A stretch of DNA of 64,000 bases from positions 1 through 64,000 of the IMG/VR virus record IMGVR_UViG_3300045988_171220; one strand, given 5' to 3'. Positions within the stretch are counted from its first letter, which is position 1. Every line of letters starts with the position of its first letter. Under the pieces are notes generated by a model. The model made no database searches. It was given only the letters and a program-made list of their open reading frames with translations, and had not been told where the DNA came from. A program made the translations under genes and the position numbers. Of the stretch, positions 35,601 through 42,488 are shown in pieces. Origin of the DNA: a virus.

Positions 35601-35795
35601 ATCGCTCCACCTCTATTTCTTTAATTTTTTCTATTTTCATATTCTTGTTACTTGATATTAGACTAAAATATCATCTCCTACTTTCAATGCTTTAGTTGTT
35701 ATATTGATAGGAAGGACTTTCTTTGTTCCATCTTCAAGAGTTACTTCGTACATCTTTTTCTTTTCGAAATGTCCTAATCGTCCTCTTGTCAAAAA
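35535..35795 (-). other. intervening segment splitting dnaE (stop-rich spacer, two GC hairpins, flanking imperfect direct repeat)
   Basis: Direct-repeat copies at 35768-35795 and 35535-35563. Hairpins at 35583-35608 and 35548-35571. Four in-frame stops lie between 35660 and 35613. Confidence 0.6.
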
Positions 35796-37208
35796 TCTTT
35801 CAAAAAGTAAGTTAAACTTCAAAGGATGTGTATTTATGATACCAAAAAGGTAAGAAATTAAAGAACCGCTTGCACTTCCGCGACCTGCACCTAACAAAAT
35901 GTTATTTTCTTTGCACCAATTTACAATATCGCGCAAGATCAAAAAGTAATCCACAACATCGCCAAACTTAATGATCTTAGATTCTCTTTCGATCCTTTCC
36001 ACAAGCACATCTTCCGAGTAATCTTCCAAAAGTTCCGGTTTGTTCTCCAATCCTTCATAAATCAAAGAATCAAACATATCTTCATTGGAAGTGTACTTTT
36101 TCTTTTCCTCTTCCGTCATTTCATAACGGGGAAGATGCCGGCTGTCAGTAGGAATTTCAAAGTTGCAGCTTTCTGCAATCATATCAGCATTGCTTCTTGC
36201 TATCATATAAAACTCTTCCCCCTTCTCACTATCCCCAAATAAAGAAAGAAGTTCTTCCATATAAGTCGCTTCATCTTTGAAATACTGATTACCAGATTTG
36301 TAGTTTACTTTCCCGTCAATCTTATTTACTACTTCTCGAAGTATGGCGTATTCTGGCTCGATATAATAAGCATCGAAAATGGCTATGGGCTTCATTTTGG
36401 ACTTATAGAACTTTTCAAAGTTCATCAAGTAGGAAGTGTCCCTATCGTTTTTTGTGTATTTCACAGTATCAACCTGCCAAAACACATTAGGTTTGTTTTT
36501 TAAAAGGATAGGAACATCTTCAAACTGTATCGTTTTCGGATCAAATACGATATACACATCTGAAACATGTTCCGACATATCTTTTGGGGAAACGAACTTT
36601 CCATTATCACCACAGTTCAAAATCTTGTTTAATGCAAGTAGATGCTGCCAGCCTTTTTCATTCTTTGCATAGATTTTGTAAGTATAGACAATATCCTTCT
36701 TTTCATCCTTTACCGGAATTTCCAGACCAAACACAGGGATGATTCCTTCTGCCTTGCAGGCATTCTGAAATTTGAGCGCACCTGCCAAAGTTGCTTTTTC
36801 AGCAATCCCCAGTCTTTCTATCCCTAAGAATTTGGCTTTCTTTACCCAATCTGGATACAATCCCGTACCATTCAAAAGTTCAAACGATCCGTGCACTCCC
36901 AAGAAATTAGTAGAAAGACCTGCCATTTCACTTTGTCCTCTCCATTTTACCCGATTAAGTTTAGGCTCGTTTTCCTTCCCTTTGTCCAATGTGTACCATA
37001 CACCGCCAAGGCGGAAGATATAACCATCTTCTTCAGTGCGTTCACAATCCCAACGAAAATCCTCTGAAAAGAAATATCCGTCCTCGTTAGGTTCAAAGAC
37101 TTCGTATGATTTCCCCTCAAAGGAAACAGTGTAATTTTCCTTATCAAGAGAGTATTGTATAGTATTGGAAGAAAGATATTCTTCCAACTCATTTAAAAGT
37201 CGATCCAT
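35658..37208 (-). CDS. dnaE: DNA polymerase III alpha (DnaE-type), N-terminal fragment (PHP domain to the FERFL motif)
   Basis: PHP-like VHGSFELLNG...AEKATLAG. GAGRGSASGSLISYLFGI and LLFERFL motifs. The last roughly 39 residues do not resemble DnaE. Confidence 0.85.
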   Translation of the reverse strand: MDRLLNELEEYLSSNTIQYSLDKENYTVSFEGKSYEVFEPNEDGYFFSEDFRWDCERTEEDGYIFRLGGVWYTLDKGKENEPKLNRVKWRGQSEMAGLSTNFLGVHGSFELLNGTGLYPDWVKKAKFLGIERLGIAEKATLAGALKFQNACKAEGIIPVFGLEIPVKDEKKDIVYTYKIYAKNEKGWQHLLALNKILNCGDNGKFVSPKDMSEHVSDVYIVFDPKTIQFEDVPILLKNKPNVFWQVDTVKYTKNDRDTSYLMNFEKFYKSKMKPIAIFDAYYIEPEYAILREVVNKIDGKVNYKSGNQYFKDEATYMEELLSLFGDSEKGEEFYMIARSNADMIAESCNFEIPTDSRHLPRYEMTEEEKKKYTSNEDMFDSLIYEGLENKPELLEDYSEDVLVERIERESKIIKFGDVVDYFLILRDIVNWCKENNILLGAGRGSASGSLISYLFGIINTHPLKFNLLFERFLTRGRLGHFEKKKMYEVTLEDGTKKVLPINITTKALKVGDDILV

Positions 37209-37236
37209 CGTATTTTCTTCTTTTCGTTTTCACAGA

Positions 37237-37262
37237 CAAACATACAACTTTTGTATGCAATT
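37237..37262 (-). promoter_or_regulatory. palindromic promoter-like motif (class 2)
   Basis: The minus strand reads GCATACAAAAGTTGTATGTTTG. Dyad CATACAA-N3-TTGTATG (37241-37257) overlaps TATGTTTG (TAnnTTTG, 37244-37237). It lies 29 nt upstream of the dnaE start. Confidence 0.45.
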
Positions 37263-37294
37263 ATTGTATGTTTTTACAATCCTTAACCCTGCTT

Positions 37295-37843
37295 TTAACC
37301 TAAGTTTATTCGTGTATTTAAAACACTTTTGATAAACTTCAATCGGTTAAAAGGAGTATCGTTTGGTATCACTTCATAAGGTAATTTTCTTTCTATCAAA
37401 AACTTCCTTATTTCTGCATCCCAACATTTTCTTCTCTCTGCATCTGCCATTCTTTCCCCATCATTTTCTACATCCCAATAAATAGGGAAATAAAAGATAA
37501 TAGGAAGAAAATATTCACTAACGTTTATAAAATCCAATTGTCTTTTCAATTCTGCGTCTCTTTGAATAGAAGCAGGAATTGTTTTCGTAAACGTATGCAC
37601 GTCTATTATGCTTCTATCGGAAACATAGCAATCTGTGTTCAGCAATTCCGCATACTTATCAAAAATCAGTTTTTGATTTTGAACAGAAGTAAAGGAAGGT
37701 TCTATCTTCCCTTCCTTTACTAATTGTCTTGTTATGCTATCTATCTTATCGAACCGGTCAAACGACCTGTCTTTCTTTAAAAGTTCAAACACAGAAGTCT
37801 TTCCGACACAAGAAGCACCCAAAAAAGTTATAGCCCTAACCAT
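37295..37843 (-). CDS. P-loop kinase/NTPase (AAA_28/NadR-kinase-like or dNMP-kinase-like)
   Basis: Walker A GASCVGKT at residue 8. Small size. DRS...D motif. Confidence 0.5.
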   Translation of the reverse strand: MVRAITFLGASCVGKTSVFELLKKDRSFDRFDKIDSITRQLVKEGKIEPSFTSVQNQKLIFDKYAELLNTDCYVSDRSIIDVHTFTKTIPASIQRDAELKRQLDFINVSEYFLPIIFYFPIYWDVENDGERMADAERRKCWDAEIRKFLIERKLPYEVIPNDTPFNRLKFIKSVLNTRINLG

Positions 37844-38385
37844 TACCGATTATCTCCGTCACCGTGAATTTTGTTTTCTGCCTTTCTCTTTGCCAGCTTT
37901 TCCACATTCTGCTTTGCAATGGAAATCAAAGACTGGTTCGATTCCTTTCCTTCAATGTAGACAACAAGATTCTGCAATCCCACAAGAATCTGTTCCAATG
38001 CGGTATGACAAAGTTCTTTTCTCTTTTCGGGGAAAGGTTTGCTGTAATCATCGTCCCGGAAGTATTTCTTCACTTGACCGTTAATGATACCTACCTGTTG
38101 GAGCAAATAGGAGGGACTTAATCTGTACACATCCGTATCATCCAATTTGTGTAATTCTTCGGGGAACTCAACCGGCGGCAATTGCAATTCCTGTCTTGTC
38201 ATTGCGACATACCAAAGGACATCTCCTATTTCTTTCATGATTTCCTTTGCTTCGGCAGCATTATCCACCTTTTCAAAAACTTCTGCCAATTCATTGGTAA
38301 GTCCCATTACCACATACGAGATAGCTACCTCTTTTGCATAACACGCTGTCGAAGCCGCGTGCGCTTCATACTCTTTAAAAGTCAT
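37843..38385 (-). CDS. MazG-like nucleotide pyrophosphohydrolase
   Basis: GLTNELAEVFEK...EIGDVLWYV matches the MazG EExxE...D helix pair. Confidence 0.6.
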   Translation of the reverse strand: MTFKEYEAHAASTACYAKEVAISYVVMGLTNELAEVFEKVDNAAEAKEIMKEIGDVLWYVAMTRQELQLPPVEFPEELHKLDDTDVYRLSPSYLLQQVGIINGQVKKYFRDDDYSKPFPEKRKELCHTALEQILVGLQNLVVYIEGKESNQSLISIAKQNVEKLAKRKAENKIHGDGDNR

Positions 38386-38409
38386 AATACGAAATTTAAA
38401 TTAATTGAT

Positions 38410-38898
38410 TTAAAACAACTTACCATCAAAACACATGATAAGCCTTTTTATTTTGATGTTTGAATATTCCACATCTTTTTTCTTTCCGTTCACCTTAATG
38501 GTAATTGTTTGGTTCTTTATATCGTTCTTCAAAATCCGACACTCCTTCTCATCATAAATGACAACCTGATCCTTTCCAAGTAAATAGATCATATCCCAAA
38601 ACCACTGTGAGTTTCTTTTCTGCTCATTGGTGGAATACTGGAAATTAGGAATGCCAGTAGGATTCAAGAACTCTTTCTCGTAGAAAGAAAAGTATTCTTC
38701 CACCGAAAAGAAAATAGACCGTTTAAAATGTCTTTTTGCCAACAACTCGATCCGTTCCTTTTTAAACTCTGCAATATCATTTGCCATCTTGACAAATTCC
38801 GGCTTATCAAAAATAAGGCTTCTTACCTTGTGGGTAAAGTATTCCAATTGGAGCACTTTCAAATATTCGTCTATCGACAATTCTCTGCTTCTATCCAT
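38410..38898 (-). CDS. hypothetical protein (162 aa)
   Basis: ORF in the operon. Confidence 0.55.
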   Translation of the reverse strand: MDRSRELSIDEYLKVLQLEYFTHKVRSLIFDKPEFVKMANDIAEFKKERIELLAKRHFKRSIFFSVEEYFSFYEKEFLNPTGIPNFQYSTNEQKRNSQWFWDMIYLLGKDQVVIYDEKECRILKNDIKNQTITIKVNGKKKDVEYSNIKIKRLIMCFDGKLF

Positions 38899-38940
38899 CT
38901 GATCTTATGATTTGTAGTTTTCAACAAAAGTAGGAATAAC

Positions 38941-39945
38941 CTACCACATTTTCTTGATTTTAGAGACGTAAAAATTAATAGGATCATATAAGTTACTTAA
39001 CACATCGTCCAGATAATCTATATCCATATCTCCCGGATCAATACCGGGCTTATAAAGATAAGCTATCTTGGTATTGAATGTTTTTGCAAGCATTAGTCCT
39101 GCACTTTTGGATTCTTCAACAGTTGCATCATCATACATCAAGATCACATTCTCTACCCCTTTTCTTTCCAAATAGGATATTTGTTCCTTGCTTATACTAT
39201 TTCCAAAAGTAAACACACACTTCAAATCCCTGCAATCCCAAAGTTTTAAAAGATTGTCTATACCTACCTTGTCAAACAATCCTTCTACTATTATCACATC
39301 CTTTACAGTAGGAGAAAGCTCATTGTAGCCACCTAATATTTTTGTAAAGTTCGTGCCTATACTGTTTTCGTATCGTAAATGTGGCTTAGTACCGGTTTCC
39401 TTTGCCCTTTCCAAATCTCTTTTATGCCACTCTTTGGAATATCTGCTTCTGCCGAGCCACCCTACCAACTTATCGTCCATTTTCATTTTGAAGATGATAT
39501 AGTTTTTCAAATCCTTCTCTAAAATAGATTTGGTTTCAGAAGGTTCAAAAAGTGCGTAATGATACGCTCTAAACCCTCTTTCGTCTAAATAAGGGTCAGA
39601 TTTCAGTCTTTCAAGACGAAGGGGAAGTTTTACTTCCGGCAATTCTTCAGACACATCTTCATCCACATCATCTTTCAAAGGTGTAAGTTTTACACTTAAT
39701 GAATTTTGATATTCCATCCGTATAAGATCTTTCCTTCCTATCTTGTCCAGGAAATCCTTCAATGGTTTTTTACTACCACATTTCCAACAGTGAAACACAC
39801 CGCCGTGAGGATTCAAAAGAACACCCCATTTCTTCGATTTTCCACAATAGGGACAATCCATGTTTTTATTGGAGAGCCACCCCTGCGAACCGAATATGCG
39901 AAGTCCAATCGCTGCCTTTACTTCTTCTTCGTCTATCCGTATCAT
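38941..39945 (-). CDS. DNA primase (zinc finger plus TOPRIM)
   Basis: CPYCGKS...HCWKCGS zinc ribbon. TOPRIM motifs IIVEGLFDKV and ILMYDDAT. The start is taken at MIRIDEE, 5 nt after the helicase stop. Confidence 0.75.
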   Translation of the reverse strand: MIRIDEEEVKAAIGLRIFGSQGWLSNKNMDCPYCGKSKKWGVLLNPHGGVFHCWKCGSKKPLKDFLDKIGRKDLIRMEYQNSLSVKLTPLKDDVDEDVSEELPEVKLPLRLERLKSDPYLDERGFRAYHYALFEPSETKSILEKDLKNYIIFKMKMDDKLVGWLGRSRYSKEWHKRDLERAKETGTKPHLRYENSIGTNFTKILGGYNELSPTVKDVIIVEGLFDKVGIDNLLKLWDCRDLKCVFTFGNSISKEQISYLERKGVENVILMYDDATVEESKSAGLMLAKTFNTKIAYLYKPGIDPGDMDIDYLDDVLSNLYDPINFYVSKIKKMW

Positions 39946-39949
39946 AAGC

Positions 39950-42475
39950 CTAAATGCTTTCCATTTTATCTGCTTGCACCTTTTTTCTGCGAGCTTGTTT
40001 CTTTTCTTCTTTCCTTTCGGAAACTTGATTATACATTTCCATCGTTCGCCCCCTGTGATAGAATCGTCTTTTGTCATAATTGGTAGCAATCGTGATCACT
40101 TCTTGACTTTCCTTGTAATCACGGAGCTTATCGACATAAATACGGGCTGTTGCGTTTGCTTTTTCCTCTATTGTCATGTTCAGAGTAAACACGAAAGAAA
40201 AAGGTTTTACAAGCGTTTTATCACCTTCCGTATAAGAGCGGTCGATCACCTTGTCTGGGTTGTTCCATACTTCAAACGGAACATCACTTGTCTGTGTGGC
40301 TGTAATAATAGGAGCACCTATTTCATCAGCCAAGTTCTTTAATAACTGGGCACACGTCTGTAACTTTTCTTTCTTGTGGTCGGGGTCGGAATCAATCTTT
40401 TTGGATATGCCGGTTTTTACCAAATCCAAAGAATCGAGTATCACCAATCCGGGAAACTTGCCATGTGTATTAAAATAGTCATAACAAAGTTGCCTAACAT
40501 CACTCATGGAAGCCTGCCCGAACTTTTTGAATCCATACACTTCAATGTCAGAACTAAGTTCCTTTACCTCTTTGATAGCTTGTTCTATCTTCTTTCTATC
40601 CTTTGGACTGATATTGCCGGATTTGATATCGGAATAGGATTGGGCAGACCATAATTGATCGTATATTTGCATACAGGCTTTGACTCCACCTTCCAACTGG
40701 ATATGAAGAACTGGCACACCTCTAATAGCAGCAGAATACCCATGCCATTTTAATACAGTCGTATTGTGAGTGACGATAAAATCGTTCGTCAGAAAAAGAC
40801 CTTCTTCTCCTGATACTTTTATACACTGCATCTCTTTTACGCCAATGTATTCAACAGACACTATCCTTCTCTCAACAAAATTCTTTTTCTTTGGATTTAC
40901 CTCTCTTTCGTGTTTCCTTGAAAGATGAAATAAATTTAACCCTTTAGGGGGTGTAATTCTTAATCTATATCTGTATTTACAGATAACCTTCTCTCTCCTT
41001 TTGTTTACATAAGAAGCTCTTTTTGGTTCTGAAACCCTACAGAGACATCCTAATGATCTTGCAATAAAAGTAGCATCATCTATCAACTGTTTAGAAGATA
41101 GAGAAAGTTCTATTTGTCCTGTTTTTTCAACATACCCATCAGTATCTAAAAGTCCTCTAAGAATTTCCAGACGAACTTCTTTACTATTGAAAATATAATC
41201 TTTTGGAATAAACTTTTCGTGAGAAAGTTTCCCAAAAAGTCCGTATTTTTCTAAATAATATCGGAAATTATGCTCACTTTCCTCTTTGTTAACCCTATAT
41301 CCAAATCTTGCTACATACTTTAAACACATCTGTTCGGGAAACTTTAGCCTTTCTCTAATTTCATCATCTGGCAATGTTACAGTTAAACCACCAGCTTTAG
41401 CAGAAAAACACCCATCACCTAAAAGAACTCCCAATGTATAGGGATCAATAGAGACTTCTTTTTCTCCAAAATCAATACCTTCCACCAATGGTATAGAAAA
41501 ACGAGGACGCGGATGAGAACCGTATCTTACAATATTATTTTTAGTAAGGTATTTTTGCCCGTTATGATGCCCTCCAAATTTGACGCCCTTCTCCATTATT
41601 TCCGACAAAGGAACAGTAAAATGACACTTCTTTTCACTTTTACAATCCCTTATCGTCCAAAGATGATCTTTGCTACAATCAACAAAACTTCCATCTGCAA
41701 AAGTTACACGATACGTTTTCTTTCTTCCTTGTGGATATACCCCAACTATTGTTTGAGTACCGCCTTTTCTATCACAAATAATATCTCCTACCTTAGCATC
41801 TTTCATCAAAATATAACCAGTAGGAGTGAGAATTTTGCTGTCCAAAGTCAACGCTTTACCCGTACCGCTTCGAGCAATCCAAAGGGACGTGTCCCCCATC
41901 TCCATACCGCCAAAAGAAACATCATCCAATCTGTCTATTCCAAAAGGTACTTTTATAGGCTTTTCAACGATCATATCGCTTTCCATGCGTCTTTCTACCA
42001 TCCGTTCATGAAAACCTCCAAAAACAGACTGAAAACCGCCTGATTTGGAACGAAACGACATTTCCAATATCCTTTGGGATTCTTCAGCATTGACACGTAT
42101 TGCTTCTTCCTTCTTCCCTTCTTCGTACAAGTCATGTACTTTTCTTGAAAGAAGTTCAAATTCTGTTTCTTTGACAAAAGACTGTAATTGGTCTATTGCA
42201 ATTTCCCTGTCTATCAAAGCCGCCTTCTTTATTTCCTTTGCCGCATCTTGCACAACATCTTCATCAGCAAATTTCTGACAAATAGCACCAATAGAAGGTA
42301 GCTTATTCTTTTCTGTATATTGTATGATCGCTTCCCTAAGAATGAATTTATAACCCGACCATTCTTTAGGAATCAATTCATATTTCAAATATTCCGAAGC
42401 TATACGCATTATGACTTCATCAGAAAACATCAATTTAAAGATTTCCGCCATGAAGCCGGGATTCAGTTTGCCCAT
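39950..42475 (-). CDS. DnaB-like replicative helicase, intein-containing
   Basis: Walker A ARSGTGK|TT is interrupted by the intein. Walker B LVILDSLD. ITATQTS motif. Confidence 0.8.
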   Translation of the reverse strand: MGKLNPGFMAEIFKLMFSDEVIMRIASEYLKYELIPKEWSGYKFILREAIIQYTEKNKLPSIGAICQKFADEDVVQDAAKEIKKAALIDREIAIDQLQSFVKETEFELLSRKVHDLYEEGKKEEAIRVNAEESQRILEMSFRSKSGGFQSVFGGFHERMVERRMESDMIVEKPIKVPFGIDRLDDVSFGGMEMGDTSLWIARSGTGKALTLDSKILTPTGYILMKDAKVGDIICDRKGGTQTIVGVYPQGRKKTYRVTFADGSFVDCSKDHLWTIRDCKSEKKCHFTVPLSEIMEKGVKFGGHHNGQKYLTKNNIVRYGSHPRPRFSIPLVEGIDFGEKEVSIDPYTLGVLLGDGCFSAKAGGLTVTLPDDEIRERLKFPEQMCLKYVARFGYRVNKEESEHNFRYYLEKYGLFGKLSHEKFIPKDYIFNSKEVRLEILRGLLDTDGYVEKTGQIELSLSSKQLIDDATFIARSLGCLCRVSEPKRASYVNKRREKVICKYRYRLRITPPKGLNLFHLSRKHEREVNPKKKNFVERRIVSVEYIGVKEMQCIKVSGEEGLFLTNDFIVTHNTTVLKWHGYSAAIRGVPVLHIQLEGGVKACMQIYDQLWSAQSYSDIKSGNISPKDRKKIEQAIKEVKELSSDIEVYGFKKFGQASMSDVRQLCYDYFNTHGKFPGLVILDSLDLVKTGISKKIDSDPDHKKEKLQTCAQLLKNLADEIGAPIITATQTSDVPFEVWNNPDKVIDRSYTEGDKTLVKPFSFVFTLNMTIEEKANATARIYVDKLRDYKESQEVITIATNYDKRRFYHRGRTMEMYNQVSERKEEKKQARRKKVQADKMESI
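40763..41854 (-). mobile_element. class 3-type intein (364 aa) with LAGLIDADG endonuclease after the P-loop lysine
   Basis: Begins ALTLDSKILTP (Ala1) and ends FIVTHN followed by T(+1). KDHLW gives the Trp, MQCIKVSG the Cys and THN the Thr. LAGLIDADG-like motifs LGVLLGDGC and LRGLLDTDGY. Confidence 0.8.
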
Positions 42476-42488
42476 TTCCTATTTTGTT

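Noticed and set aside
35601-35660. Stop-codon reassignment or read-through joining the two dnaE ORFs
   Set aside because: The in-frame spacer contains TAA, TGA and two TAG codons, so no single reassignment would work. All other genes in the window read cleanly with the standard code.
35658-35780. Naturally split intein at the dnaE break
   Set aside because: The tail of the N-fragment has no Cys/Ser/Ala-1 context and is only about 39 residues. The head of the C-fragment (about 18 residues) has no terminal His-Asn or Asn plus nucleophile. Together they are far too short for a Hint fold. Only a Hint-like fragment resemblance remains.
35535-35795. T4 gene 60-style translational bypass between matched GGA codons
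   Set aside because: Matched in-phase GGA and TTA codons exist, but the gap is 234 nt, far longer than known hops of about 50 nt. The take-off codon is also not followed by a stop within a hairpin.
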